NCBI RefSeq assembly: GCF_002900365.1
Contig: NZ_CP025979.1
Coordinates: 4,624,236 to 4,656,235 of the forward strand
Origin: Escherichia marmotae
Lineage (GTDB): Bacteria > Pseudomonadota > Gammaproteobacteria > Enterobacterales > Enterobacteriaceae
Reading direction: 5' to 3'
DNA: 32,000 bases
The position numbers and the translations under genes were made by a program. Shown piece after piece: positions 18,783 through 28,795 of this stretch. How positions within the stretch are numbered: position 1 is the first letter of the stretch; every line of letters starts with the position of its first letter. Below the pieces are notes generated by a model. It was given only the letters and a program-made list of their open reading frames with translations, searched no databases and was not told the origin of the DNA.

Positions 18783-18855
18783 AAATTACAAGAAAGATTG
18801 TATATTGTAAACAAGAAATATTGTAAAAATGGGCGTGAAAAACAAACTCCATTGT
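18783..18855 (-). promoter_or_regulatory. pL with 434-type operators OL1-OL3
   Basis: Three 14-mers of form ACAA-N6-TTGT are present: OL1 18788..18801 (ACAAGAAAGATTGT), OL2 18811..18824 (ACAAGAAATATTGT) and OL3 18842..18855 (ACAAACTCCATTGT). On the minus strand the -35 is TTTACA (18806..18811) and the -10 is TAATTT (18783..18788), 17 bp apart. Confidence 0.85.
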
Positions 18856-18905
18856 TTTTAAACGGAAAATAGTTTGTTTTTTGGCTGTCGAAATCGAGGT
18901 GAGGA

Positions 18906-20261
<1,356 letters not shown>

Positions 20262-20269
20262 GACATTCC

Positions 20270-20301
20270 CGCTCTTACACATCCCAGCCCTGAAAAAGGG
20301 C
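20270..20301 (+). promoter_or_regulatory. nutR (boxA plus boxB), followed by the tR1 region
   Basis: boxA is CGCTCTTA (20270..20277) and boxB is GCCCTGAAAAAGGGC (20287..20301), both as in lambda. The downstream AACCACACCTATGGTGTATGCATTTATTTGCATACATTCAAT matches the lambda tR1 region. Confidence 0.9.
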
Positions 20302-20380
20302 ATCAAATTAAACCACACCTATGGTGTATGCATTTATTTGCATACATTCAATTAATTGTTATCTAAGGAAATACTTACAT

Positions 20381-20674
20381 ATGGTTCGTGCAAACAAACG
20401 CAACGAGGCTCTACGAATCGAGAGTGCGTTGCTTAACAAAATCGCAATGCTTGGAACTGAGAAGACAGCGGAAGCTGTGGGAGTTGATAAGTCGCAGATC
20501 AGCAGGTGGAAGAGGGATTGGATTCCAAAGTTCTCAATGCTGCTTGCTGTTCTTGAATGGGGTGTCGTCGACGACGACATGGCTCGATTGGCACGACAAG
20601 TTGCTTCGATTCTCACCAATAAAAAACGCCCGGCGGCAACCGAGCGTTCTGAACAAATCCAGATGGAGTTCTGA
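20381..20674 (+). CDS. cII: Transcriptional activator cII
   Basis: From ATG 20381 the 97-aa product [58 protein letters not shown] is essentially lambda CII. Confidence 0.95.
   Translation: MVRANKRNEALRIESALLNKIAMLGTEKTAEAVGVDKSQISRWKRDWIPKFSMLLAVLEWGVVDDDMARLARQVASILTNKKRPAATERSEQIQMEF
20390..20403 (-). promoter_or_regulatory. pRE -35 region with the cII-binding repeats
   Basis: The minus strand reads TTGCGTTTGTTTGC (TTGC-N6-TTGC) inside the cII 5' end. Sequence and position are as in lambda. Confidence 0.8.
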
Positions 20675-20696
20675 GGTCATTACTGGATCAATCCAC
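20620..20696 (-). ncRNA. oop: oop-like antisense RNA
   Basis: The minus strand carries the lambda oop terminator (..GGTTGCCGCCGGGCGTTTTTTATT, 20619..20646) and most of the oop body. A CATAAT -10 is retained just upstream of a 5' end near 20696. The -35 lies in non-lambda DNA. Confidence 0.55.
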
Positions 20697-20706
20697 AGGA
20701 GTCATT

Positions 20707-20853
20707 ATGACAAAACAACTCAGTCCTTACCAGGACAAAATTCACAAACACATACTACGTGATCGCTTCCTGTCCAGCTTCAAGCAGCCTGGTCGATTCA
20801 GGGCTGAGTTGGAAAAAGTGAAGCTGATGCAGAAGGAGAAAGGTCATGAGTAA
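20707..20853 (+). CDS. Small 48-aa protein in the position of P22 orf48
   Basis: Not in the track. The SD is AGGAG, 5 nt upstream. It translates to [48 protein letters not shown]. Its 3' end overlaps the initiator start. P22 carries a 48-codon ORF between c1 and gene 18 (from memory). Confidence 0.55.
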   Translation: MTKQLSPYQDKIHKHILRDRFLSSFKQPGRFRAELEKVKLMQKEKGHE

Positions 20854-21679
20854 CATATCTAATCTAGCCGAAGCCAGAGAGGCCAGAAGGCTCCAACAAC
20901 CGCATCAAAGCAGCGGTAAGGGGTATGCCTTGCTGCACCGTAAAATTATGGATGTGCCGTTTTACAAGGATGCAGAAGCAGCGCATCTGTGGGTTCACTT
21001 AATCCTCAAAGCAAAGCATACGCCTGAGTATGTAATGACTGACGCAGGAGAAATTCTGGTAGGAAGAGGAAAGCTACTTGGCGGTAGAAACTCTCTGGCG
21101 TTTGAAACAGGACTCAAACCAGATCGCGTTCAGTACCTGCTTAGAAAGTTCAAAAAACTCGGCATGATTGACTGGGTTTCACACGGTAAATTCTCAGTTT
21201 TCTCGGTAGAGAAATATGACGATTATCAGTCAAATTTTGTACCAGCAGATTACCAGCAAATTACCACAGATAAAGAATATAATAATATTATCTCTAATAC
21301 TGACGTATTAGAGAGTGCCACAGCAGACAAAAAGTCTGACAAGAAAAAACCTTCCGTTAGCTGTCAGGATGTTGTCGATGCTTACCACGAAATCCTTCCT
21401 GAAGCGCCAAGAATCCGCGCACTGAATGACAAGCGTAAAAACCAGATCCGAACGTTCTGGCGCAAAGCCGGAGTGATAACCCGCCAGCTTGACGGGCATG
21501 GGTTCACGATGCAGGACTGGAGAAATTATTTGAGCTACGTAGGCGAAAATTGCCGATGGATGTTCGAAGAACGCCCAAACCATCAACGCGGAACCGTCTG
21601 GCACAAAAAGGGATTTGATTTCCTGCTTAACGACAATACCTACCTGAAAGTTCGTGAGGGTGAACACGATGACCGATAA
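20846..21679 (+). CDS. Replication initiation protein (lambda O / P22 gp18 functional class)
   Basis: 277 aa. The N-terminus is winged-helix-like (..[29 protein letters not shown]..). A low-complexity linker encoded by repeat/AT-rich DNA follows. The C-terminal domain (..[29 protein letters not shown]..) is of the phage O-type. It lies upstream of a DnaB helicase. Confidence 0.75.
   Translation: MSNISNLAEAREARRLQQPHQSSGKGYALLHRKIMDVPFYKDAEAAHLWVHLILKAKHTPEYVMTDAGEILVGRGKLLGGRNSLAFETGLKPDRVQYLLRKFKKLGMIDWVSHGKFSVFSVEKYDDYQSNFVPADYQQITTDKEYNNIISNTDVLESATADKKSDKKKPSVSCQDVVDAYHEILPEAPRIRALNDKRKNQIRTFWRKAGVITRQLDGHGFTMQDWRNYLSYVGENCRWMFEERPNHQRGTVWHKKGFDFLLNDNTYLKVREGEHDDR
21240..21313. repeat. 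Candidate replication origin: 3 x 11-bp iteron-like repeats, an AT-rich tract and a 9-bp inverted repeat
   Basis: The repeats are TACCAGCAGAT (21240..21250), TACCAGCAAAT (21251..21261) and TACCACAGATA (21262..21272). AAAGAATATAATAATATTAT follows. The palindrome CTCTAATAC-tgac-GTATTAGAG lies at 21292..21313. Confidence 0.45.
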
Positions 21680-23105
21680 TTTTTATGCGCCGCCCCATAG
21701 CATCGAGGCAGAGCAGGCGGTGATTGGTGGATTGCTTCTGGATGATGACAGCAGTGAGCGCGTCCAGAAAGTTCTGGCGATGCTGAAGCCTGATTCATTT
21801 TACAGCCGACCACACAAAATCATTTTCGAAGAAATAACCAGAATGCACCGGGAGCAAAAGCCAGTAGATGGCCTGACGCTTTTCGATGAACTGGAGCGTA
21901 AATCGTTAACGGCGTCTGTTGGCGGTTTTGCTTATATCGCTGAGATCGCAAAGAACACGCCAAGCGCCGCAAACATCGTTGCCTATGCAATGCAGGTTCG
22001 CGAAACCGCAATGGAACGCTACGCCATCAACCGCATGACTGAAGCGACGGAATTGCTCTATTCCCGCAACGGAATGACTGCGACGCAGAAGTACGAAGCT
22101 ATTCAGGCGATTTTCACGCAACTGACAGACCATGCAAAAACCGGATCGCGTCGCGGCCTTCGCTCATTTGGTGAGGTCATGGAAGACTGGGTTAGCGACC
22201 TTGAGAAGCGATTTGACCCGTCAGGCGAACAACGAGGAATGAGCACAGGGATCCCATCGCTGGACAGGATGCTGTCACCGAAAGGTCTGGTGAAAGGCTC
22301 TCTGTTTGTCATTGGCGCTCGCCCTAAGATGGGGAAAACGACGCTATACAGCCAGATGGCAATCAACTGCGCAGTGCATGAGAAAAAGCCCGCTCTGATG
22401 TTCAGCCTTGAAATGCCAGGTGACCAGATACTGGAAAAACTGGTAGGACAGAAGTCAGGTGTTAACCCGAATATTTTTTACCTTCCGGCGACAAATGACG
22501 CTGATGACGGCTATCAGGGTGATTACGATGGTGACTTCAACAGGGCGATCGAAACAGCCAATCGCTTGAGTGAAATCGACCTGCTTTACATCGACGACAC
22601 GCCGGGATTATCTCTGGCTCAAATCGTCAGCGAAAGCCGTCGAATCAAGCGAGAAAAAGGATGTGTTGGCATGATTCTGGTCGATTACCTGACACTAATG
22701 ACCGCAGAGAAGGCTGATCGCAACGACCTTGCTTACGGCATGATCACCAAAGGACTGAAGAACCTTGCCAAAGAGCTTGATTGCGTTGTTGTGCTTCTGA
22801 CACAGCTTAACCGCGCACTGGAAAGCCGAACCAATAAACGCCCATTACCAAGTGACTCACGAGATACAGGGCAGATTGAACAGGATTGCGATTATTGGGT
22901 GGGGATCCATCGTGAAGGTGCTTTTGATGACAGTGTTCCACCTGGTGAAACCGAACTAATCCTTCGTCTCAATCGTCATGGCAATACCGGCACGGTGTAT
23001 TGCATTCAGGCAAATGGCGCTATTTATGACACAGACCAACAGTCTGCTGAAATGCGCCGCCGTGAACGTGAGGAACCGCAGTCCAAGAAGAAAGGAGGAT
23101 TCTGA
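21669..23105 (+). CDS. DnaB-family replicative helicase (P22 gp12-like)
   Basis: The N-terminal PPHSIEAEQAVIGGLLLD motif, Walker A GARPKMGKTT, and the ..LLTQLNR.. and ..SDSRDTGQIEQDCD.. segments are typical of DnaB. I prefer ATG 21669, which overlaps the initiator stop region. Confidence 0.9.
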   Translation: MTDNFYAPPHSIEAEQAVIGGLLLDDDSSERVQKVLAMLKPDSFYSRPHKIIFEEITRMHREQKPVDGLTLFDELERKSLTASVGGFAYIAEIAKNTPSAANIVAYAMQVRETAMERYAINRMTEATELLYSRNGMTATQKYEAIQAIFTQLTDHAKTGSRRGLRSFGEVMEDWVSDLEKRFDPSGEQRGMSTGIPSLDRMLSPKGLVKGSLFVIGARPKMGKTTLYSQMAINCAVHEKKPALMFSLEMPGDQILEKLVGQKSGVNPNIFYLPATNDADDGYQGDYDGDFNRAIETANRLSEIDLLYIDDTPGLSLAQIVSESRRIKREKGCVGMILVDYLTLMTAEKADRNDLAYGMITKGLKNLAKELDCVVVLLTQLNRALESRTNKRPLPSDSRDTGQIEQDCDYWVGIHREGAFDDSVPPGETELILRLNRHGNTGTVYCIQANGAIYDTDQQSAEMRRREREEPQSKKKGGF

Positions 23106-23133
23106 TGACCATCTACATCACTGAGCTAATAAC

Positions 23134-23165
23134 AGGCCTGCTGGTAATCGCAGGCCTTTTTATTT
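23134..23165 (+). terminator. tR2-type intrinsic terminator
   Basis: An 8-bp stem AGGCCTGC/GCAGGCCT is followed by TTTTTATTT. The sequence is identical to the remembered lambda sequence just upstream of ninB. Confidence 0.8.
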
Positions 23166-23181
23166 GGGGGAGAGGGAAGTC

Positions 23182-23622
23182 ATGAAAAAACTAACCTTTG
23201 AAATTCGATCTCCTGCACATCAGCAAAACGCTATTCACGCAGTACAGCAAATCCTTCCAGACCCAACCAAACCAATCGTAGTAACCATTCAGGAACGCAA
23301 CCGCAGCTTAGACCAAAACAGGAAGCTATGGGCCTGCTTAGGTGACGTCTCTCGTCAGGTTGAATGGCATGGTCGCTGGCTGGATGCAGAAAGCTGGAAG
23401 TGTGTGTTTACCGCAGCATTAAAGCAGCAGGATGTTGTTCCTAACCTTGCCGGGAATGGCTTTGTGGTAATAGGCCAGTCAACCAGCAGGATGCGTGTAG
23501 GCGAATTTGCGGAGCTATTAGAGCTTATACAGGCATTCGGTACAGAGCGTGGCGTTAAGTGGTCAGACGAAGCGAGACTGGCTCTGGAGTGGAAAGCGAG
23601 ATGGGGAGACAGGGCTGCATGA
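23182..23622 (+). CDS. ninB: NinB (Orf) recombination mediator
   Basis: From ATG 23182 the 146-aa product MKKLTFEIRSPAHQQNAIHAVQQILPDPTKPIVVTIQERNRSLDQNRKLWACLGD.. matches lambda NinB. Confidence 0.93.
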   Translation: MKKLTFEIRSPAHQQNAIHAVQQILPDPTKPIVVTIQERNRSLDQNRKLWACLGDVSRQVEWHGRWLDAESWKCVFTAALKQQDVVPNLAGNGFVVIGQSTSRMRVGEFAELLELIQAFGTERGVKWSDEARLALEWKARWGDRAA

Positions 23623-24491
23623 TAAATGTCGTTAGTTTCTCCGGTGGCAGGACGTCAGCATATTTGCTCTGGCTAATGGAGCAAAAGCGACGGGCAGGTG
23701 AAGACGTGCATTACGTTTTCATGGATACAGGTTGTGAACATCCAATGACATATCGGTTTGTCAGGGAAGTTGTGAAGTTCTGGGATATACCGCTCACCGT
23801 ATTGCAGGTTGATATCAACCCAGAGCTTGGGCAGCCAAATGGTTATACGGTATGGGAACCAAAGGATATTCAGACGCGACTGCCTGTTCTGAAGCCATTT
23901 ATCGATATGGTAAAGAAATATGGCACTCCATACGTCGGCGGTGCGTTCTGCACTGACAGATTAAAACTCGTTCCCTTCACCAAATACTGTGATGACCATT
24001 TCGGGCGAGGGAATTACACCACGTGGATTGGCATCAGAGCTGATGAACCGAAGCGGCTAAAGCCAAAGCCTGGAATCAGATATCTTGCTGAACTGTCAGA
24101 CTTTGAGAAGGAAGATATCCTCGCATGGTGGAAGCAACAACCATTCGATTTGCAAATACCGGAACATCTCGGTAACTGCATATTCTGCATTAAAAAATCA
24201 ACGCAAAAAATCGGACTTGCCTGCAAAGATGAGGAGGGATTGCAGCGTGTTTTTAATGAGGTCATCACGGGATCGCATGTGCGTGACGGACATCGGGAAA
24301 CACCAAAGGAGATTATGTACCGAGGAAGAATGTCGCTGGACGGTATCGCGAAAATGTATTCAGAAAATGATTATCAAGCCCTGTATCAGGACATGGTACG
24401 AGCTAAAAGATTCGATACCGGCTCTTGTTCTGAGTCATGCGAAATATTTGGAGGGCAGCTTGATTTCGACTTCGGGAGGGAGGCTGCATGA
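23619..24491 (+). CDS. ninC: NinC, PAPS-reductase-like protein
   Basis: From ATG 23619, in an ATGA overlap with ninB, the 290-aa product [20 protein letters not shown].. has a PP-loop-like SFSGGRTS. It matches lambda NinC. Confidence 0.92.
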   Translation: MINVVSFSGGRTSAYLLWLMEQKRRAGEDVHYVFMDTGCEHPMTYRFVREVVKFWDIPLTVLQVDINPELGQPNGYTVWEPKDIQTRLPVLKPFIDMVKKYGTPYVGGAFCTDRLKLVPFTKYCDDHFGRGNYTTWIGIRADEPKRLKPKPGIRYLAELSDFEKEDILAWWKQQPFDLQIPEHLGNCIFCIKKSTQKIGLACKDEEGLQRVFNEVITGSHVRDGHRETPKEIMYRGRMSLDGIAKMYSENDYQALYQDMVRAKRFDTGSCSESCEIFGGQLDFDFGREAA

Positions 24492-24661
24492 TGCGATGTT
24501 ATCGGTGCGGTGAATGCAAAGAAGATAACCGCTTCCGACCAAACCAACCTTACTGGAATCGATGGTGTCTCCGGTGTGAAAGAACACCAACAGGGGTGTT
24601 ACCACTACCGCAGGAAAAGGAGGACGTGTGGCGAGACAGCGACGAAGTATCACCGACATAA
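24488..24661 (+). CDS. ninD: NinD
   Basis: A 57-aa Cys-rich ORF not in the track: [57 protein letters not shown]. Its ATG overlaps the ninC stop. It matches lambda NinD by memory. Confidence 0.8.
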
Positions 24662-24804
24662 TCTGTGAAAACTGCAAATACCTTCCAACGAAACGCTCCA
24701 GAAATAAACGCAAGCCAATCCCAAAAGAATCTGACGTAAAAACCTTCAATTACACGGCTCATCTGTGGGATATCCGGTGGCTAAGACATCGTGCGAGGAA
24801 ATGA
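24628..24804 (+). CDS. ninE: NinE
   Basis: A 58-codon ORF from GTG 24628, with AGGAGG upstream: (M)[57 protein letters not shown]. It is lambda NinE-like. The start codon is uncertain. Confidence 0.65.
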
Positions 24805-25166
24805 CAATGGATTATTCACAGTTAAGTGATTTTGAAATTAACGTGGCGGTATTCGAAGCCATTCATAACGGATCACCGGATTACAAAGAAGGTGAGAATG
24901 GCGATATGGTGTTTGTCTCATTTGAGGGAGACATTGTAAACGGAGACGCAGTTGAAGTAGAGGTTGAGCGCGGATCCTTTAACCCATGCGCAAACCCAGC
25001 AGACGCATGGCCGATTATTGAAAAATACAGGATTAGCATTATCAATCTCGATGAAGACGAGTGGGGTGCACGTGGTGTGGCCTACTGTAAATCTAAGCGA
25101 GCTATACATGAAAATCCCCTCCGCGCCGCCATGATTGTCTTTCTCATGATGCAGAGAATCCAATAA
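24801..25166 (+). CDS. NinX-like / DUF2591-family nin-region protein
   Basis: I prefer ATG 24801, in an ATGA overlap with ninE. The motifs [29 protein letters not shown] and [12 protein letters not shown] are as remembered for DUF2591. The position between ninE and ninF matches P22 ninX. Confidence 0.7.
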
Positions 25167-25342
25167 TGCTTAGCCCATCCCAATCCCTTCAATACCAGAA
25201 AGAAAGCGTCGAGCGAGCTTTAACGTGCGCTAACTGCGGTCAGAAACTGCATGTGCTGGAAGTTCACGTGTGCTCCGATTGCTGCGCAGAACTGATGAGC
25301 GATCCGAATAGCTCAATGTACGAGGAAGAAGACGATGAGTGA
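25166..25342 (+). CDS. ninF: NinF
   Basis: A 58-aa ORF not in the track: [58 protein letters not shown]. It matches lambda NinF by memory. A TAATG-type overlap links it to the upstream stop. Confidence 0.8.
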   Translation: MLSPSQSLQYQKESVERALTCANCGQKLHVLEVHVCSDCCAELMSDPNSSMYEEEDDE

Positions 25343-25604
25343 TTTCTCTGAGCTTATTTCCTTCAAAAAAGACAGAGAAGAAATGCGTACTGAATCTGTC
25401 TATTACGTTCAACACCGGAATAAACGCTCGGTGCTTGATCAGGAGCTGGTTATTACCGGAGACCTTGCATTCAGAACATATAAGGCCAGCATGGAAATGA
25501 AGGATTTCCCTAAATGTGGTTCTGAAAGAGAAGCCGCGTTAAAGCTGGCAGAGTGGATGCAGAGAATGGCTGCTGCAATTGAGAATTACTGGAGCGAACC
25601 ATAA
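25335..25604 (+). CDS. Hypothetical 89-aa protein inserted between ninF and ninG
   Basis: Its ATG lies 8 nt inside the ninF 3' end, and its TAA shares a base with the ninG ATG (TAATG). There is no lambda counterpart and I recognise no motif. Confidence 0.65.
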   Translation: MSDFSELISFKKDREEMRTESVYYVQHRNKRSVLDQELVITGDLAFRTYKASMEMKDFPKCGSEREAALKLAEWMQRMAAAIENYWSEP

Positions 25605-26215
25605 TGGCTAAACCAGCGCGAAGACGATGTAAAAACGAAGAATGTCGGGAATGGTTTCACCCTGCATTCGCTAATCAGTGGTGGTGTTCTCCAGAGTGTG
25701 GAACAAAGATAGCACTCGAACGACGAAGCAAAGAACGCGAAAAAGCGGAAAAAGCAGCAGAGAAGAAACGACGACGAGAGGAGCAGAAACAGAAAGATAA
25801 ACTTAAGATTCGAAAACTCGCCTTAAAGCCCCGCAGTTACTGGATTAAACAAGCCCAACAAGCCGTAAACGCCTTCATCAGAGAAAGAGACCGCGACTTA
25901 CCATGTATCTCATGCGGAACGATCACGTCTGCTCAGTGGGATGCCGGACATTACCGGACAACTGCTGCGGCACCTCAACTCCGATTTGATGAACGCAATA
26001 TTCACAAGCAATGCGTGGTGTGCAACCAGCACAAAAGCGGAAATCTCGTTCCGTATCGCGTCGAACTGATTAGCCGCATCGGGCAGGAAGCAGTAGACGA
26101 AATCGAATCAAACCATAACCGCCATCGCTGGACTATCGAAGAGTGCAAGGCGATCAAGGCAGAGTACCAACAGAAACTCAAAGACCTGCGAAATAGCAGA
26201 AGTGAGGCCGCATGA
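25604..26215 (+). CDS. ninG: NinG / Rap recombination endonuclease
   Basis: The 203-aa product [50 protein letters not shown].. matches lambda NinG. Confidence 0.93.
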   Translation: MAKPARRRCKNEECREWFHPAFANQWWCSPECGTKIALERRSKEREKAEKAAEKKRRREEQKQKDKLKIRKLALKPRSYWIKQAQQAVNAFIRERDRDLPCISCGTITSAQWDAGHYRTTAAAPQLRFDERNIHKQCVVCNQHKSGNLVPYRVELISRIGQEAVDEIESNHNRHRWTIEECKAIKAEYQQKLKDLRNSRSEAA

Positions 26216-26418
26216 CGTTCTCAGTAAAAACCATTCCAGACATGCTCGTTGAAGCATACGGAAACCAGACAGAAGTAGCACGCAGACTGAAATGTAGTCG
26301 CGGCACGGTCAGAAAATACGTTGATGATAAAGACGGGAAAATGCACGCCATCGTCAACGACGTTCTTATGGTTCATCGCGGATGGAGTGAAAGAGATGCG
26401 CTATTACGAAAGAATTGA
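26212..26418 (+). CDS. ninH: NinH
   Basis: The 68-aa product [58 protein letters not shown].. matches lambda NinH, which has an HTH. Confidence 0.9.
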   Translation: MTFSVKTIPDMLVEAYGNQTEVARRLKCSRGTVRKYVDDKDGKMHAIVNDVLMVHRGWSERDALLRKN

Positions 26419-27061
26419 TGGCAGCAAATACCGAAATATTTGGGTAGTTGGCGATCTGCACGGATGCTACACGAACCTGATGAAAAAACTGGAGACGATA
26501 GGATTCGACACCAAAAAAGACCTGCTTATCTCGGTTGGCGATTTGGTCGATCGCGGTACAGAGAACGTCGAATGTCTGGAATTAATCACATTCCCCTGGT
26601 TCCGAGCTGTACGTGGAAACCATGAGCAAATGATGATTGATGGCTTATCAGAGCGTGGAAACGTCAATCACTGGCTGTTTAATGGCGGTGGCTGGTTCTT
26701 TAATCTCGATTACGACAAAGAAATTCTGGCTAAAGCTCTTGCCCATAAAGCAGATGAACTTCCGTTAATCATTGAACTGGTGAGCAAAGGTAAAAAATAT
26801 GTCATCTGCCACGCCGATTATCCTTGTGACGAATACGAGTTTGGAAAGCCAGTTGATCATCAGCAGGTAATCTGGAACCGCGAACGAATCAGCAACTCAC
26901 AAGACGGGATCGTAAAAGAAATCAAAGGAGCGGACACGTTCATCTTTGGTCATACGCCAGCAGTGAAACCACTCAAGTTTGCCAACCAGATGTATATAGA
27001 TACCGGCGCAGTGTTCTGCGGAAACCTCACATTGATTCAGGTACAGGGAGAAGGCGCATGA
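26396..27061 (+). CDS. ninI: Ser/Thr protein phosphatase (lambda PPase, NinI)
   Basis: From ATG 26396 the 221-aa product is [25 protein letters not shown]...GDLVDRG...RGNHE.., carrying the metallophosphatase motifs. It matches the lambda phosphatase. Confidence 0.93.
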   Translation: MRYYERIDGSKYRNIWVVGDLHGCYTNLMKKLETIGFDTKKDLLISVGDLVDRGTENVECLELITFPWFRAVRGNHEQMMIDGLSERGNVNHWLFNGGGWFFNLDYDKEILAKALAHKADELPLIIELVSKGKKYVICHADYPCDEYEFGKPVDHQQVIWNRERISNSQDGIVKEIKGADTFIFGHTPAVKPLKFANQMYIDTGAVFCGNLTLIQVQGEGA

Positions 27062-27681
27062 GACTCGAAAGCGTAGCTAAATTTCATTCGCCAAAAAGCC
27101 CGATGATGAGCGACTCACCACGGGCTACGGCTTCTGACTCTCTTTCCGGTACTGATGTGATGGCTGCTATGGGGATGGCGCAATCACAAGCCGGATTCGG
27201 AATGGCTGCATTCTGTGGTAAGCACGAACTCAGCCAGAACGACAAACAAAAGGCTATCAACTATCTGATGCAATTTGCACACAAGGTATCGGGGAAATAC
27301 CGTGGCGTGGCAAAGCTTGAAGGAAATACTAAGGCAAAGGTACTGCAAGTGCTCGCAACATTCGCTTATGCGGATTATTGCCGTAGTGCCGCGACGCCGG
27401 GAGCAAGGTGCAGAGATTGCCACGGTACAGGCCGTGCGGTTGATATAGCAAAAACAGAGCAGTGGGGGAGAGTTGTCGAGAAAGAGTGCGGAAGATGCAA
27501 AGGCGTCGGCTATTCAAGGATGCCAGCAAGCGCAGCATATCGCGCTGTGACGATGCTAATCCCAAACCTTACCCAACCCACCTGGTCACGCACTGTTAAG
27601 CCGCTGTATGACGCTCTGGTGGTGCAATGCCACAAGGAAGAGTCAAACGCAGACAACATTTTGAATACGGTCACACGTTAG
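27058..27681 (+). CDS. Q: Late-gene antiterminator Q (lambda type)
   Basis: The 207-aa product [90 protein letters not shown].. is essentially lambda Q. An ATGA overlap links it to ninI. Confidence 0.95.
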   Translation: MRLESVAKFHSPKSPMMSDSPRATASDSLSGTDVMAAMGMAQSQAGFGMAAFCGKHELSQNDKQKAINYLMQFAHKVSGKYRGVAKLEGNTKAKVLQVLATFAYADYCRSAATPGARCRDCHGTGRAVDIAKTEQWGRVVEKECGRCKGVGYSRMPASAAYRAVTMLIPNLTQPTWSRTVKPLYDALVVQCHKEESNADNILNTVTR

Positions 27682-27723
27682 CAGCATGATTGCCACGGAT
27701 GGCAACATATTAACGGCATGATA

Positions 27724-27765
27724 TTGACTTTTTGAATAAAGCTGGGTAAATTTGACTCAACGATG
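27724..27765 (+). promoter_or_regulatory. pR' late promoter with the qut region
   Basis: The -35 is TTGACT (27724..27729) and the -10 is TAAATT (27747..27752), separated by a 17-bp spacer. The initial transcribed TGACTCAACGATGG is as in lambda, including the AACGAT pause element. Confidence 0.85.
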
Positions 27766-27787
27766 GATAAATGCACTCGTTAAATAA

Positions 27788-27823
27788 AGCCCTGAGTTAA
27801 TAGCTCGGGGCTTTTTGCGTTTT
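27788..27823 (+). terminator. tR'-equivalent intrinsic terminator
   Basis: A 9-bp stem AGCCCTGAG/CTCGGGGCT with one G-U pair and loop TTAATAG is followed by TTTTTGCGTTTT. It lies about 30 nt downstream of the pause region. Confidence 0.75.
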
Positions 27824-28116
27824 AAGCACGACCTTTCTGAAAGCACATCAAACCAAATACCAGACAGACAAAAATAATCACCTTATCCGCTGTTGCTACG
27901 GTGCGGTGTGCTTTGCATAAAAGAAAACCAGCTCAATGGCTGGCTTCGTGAAAGCGGGTGGCATGAGGTTGTTAGCGCAACCTCATGCCGTTTTGCCCGT
28001 GCATATCGGTCACGAACAAATCTGATTACTAAACACAGTAGCCTGGATTTGTTCTATCAGTAATCGACCTTATTCCTAATTAAATAGAGCAAATCCCCTC
28101 AATGAAGGGGTAGAGC

Positions 28117-28320
28117 ATGTACCGTATGGACAAAATCAGAGAATGGTTCAGTTACAGCTTCGGAGGACTGACTGCGATGGGTGGCATTCTCTCCCTGAAT
28201 GACTGGGCTGTCATCATTGGTATTCTTTGTACTGTCGGCACATTTGGCATTAACTGGTACTACAAGCGCAAAGAGCGCGAGGACAGATTGAATGGCAATG
28301 TCACCGGCACTACGAAATAG
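28117..28320 (+). CDS. S: Class II holin of the phage-21 pinholin type (dual-start)
   Basis: 67 aa with two TMDs: the Gly/Ala-rich [16 protein letters not shown] and [20 protein letters not shown]. The C-tail is charged. The MYRM start gives Met1 and Met4 with Arg3 between them, like the S21 71/68 pair. Confidence 0.85.
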   Translation: MYRMDKIREWFSYSFGGLTAMGGILSLNDWAVIIGILCTVGTFGINWYYKRKEREDRLNGNVTGTTK

Positions 28321-28795
28321 CGTAATAGCGGCGATAAGTGGCGGGGCTATTGCTATAGCATCTGTGTTAATCACTGGACCGAGTGGTAACGATGGTCTGG
28401 AAGGTGTCAGCTACATACCATACAAAGATATTGTTGGTGTATGGACTGTATGCCACGGACACACCGGAAAAGACATCATGCTCGGTAAAACGTATACCGA
28501 AGCAGAATGCAAAGCCCTCCTGAATAAAGACCTTGCCACGGTCTCCAGACAAATTAACCCGTACATCAAAGTCGATATACCGGAAACAACGCGCGGCGCT
28601 CTTTACTCGTTCGTCTATAACGTGGGCACAGGCAATTTCAGAACATCGACGCTTCTTCGCAAAATAAACCAGGGCGATATCAAGGGCGCATGTGATCAGC
28701 TACGGCGCTGGACATACGCTGGCGGTAAGCAATGGAAAGGGCTGATGACCCGTCGTGAGATTGAGCGTGAAGTCTGTTTGTGGGGGCAACAATGA
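28292..28795 (+). CDS. R: SAR endolysin (phage 21 R-type, T4-lysozyme/GH24 fold)
   Basis: 167 aa. The N-terminal signal-anchor-release segment is [18 protein letters not shown]. The catalytic context is [24 protein letters not shown] (E37/D46/T52 by my numbering). It is nearly the remembered R21 sequence. It overlaps the holin 3' end. Confidence 0.92.
   Translation: MAMSPALRNSVIAAISGGAIAIASVLITGPSGNDGLEGVSYIPYKDIVGVWTVCHGHTGKDIMLGKTYTEAECKALLNKDLATVSRQINPYIKVDIPETTRGALYSFVYNVGTGNFRTSTLLRKINQGDIKGACDQLRRWTYAGGKQWKGLMTRREIEREVCLWGQQ

Noticed and set aside
24435-24762. Minus-strand ORFs of 104 aa and 70 aa opposite ninD and ninE.
   Set aside because: They are antisense to two conserved lambda nin genes and have no start context. 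They are shadow ORFs.
27830-28116. Possible toxin, tRNA or other moron cargo between tR' and the holin, the stx locus of Stx phages.
   Set aside because: Only ~290 bp are available and most of it is the conserved lambda late leader. I could fold no ORF over 20 codons and no cloverleaf.
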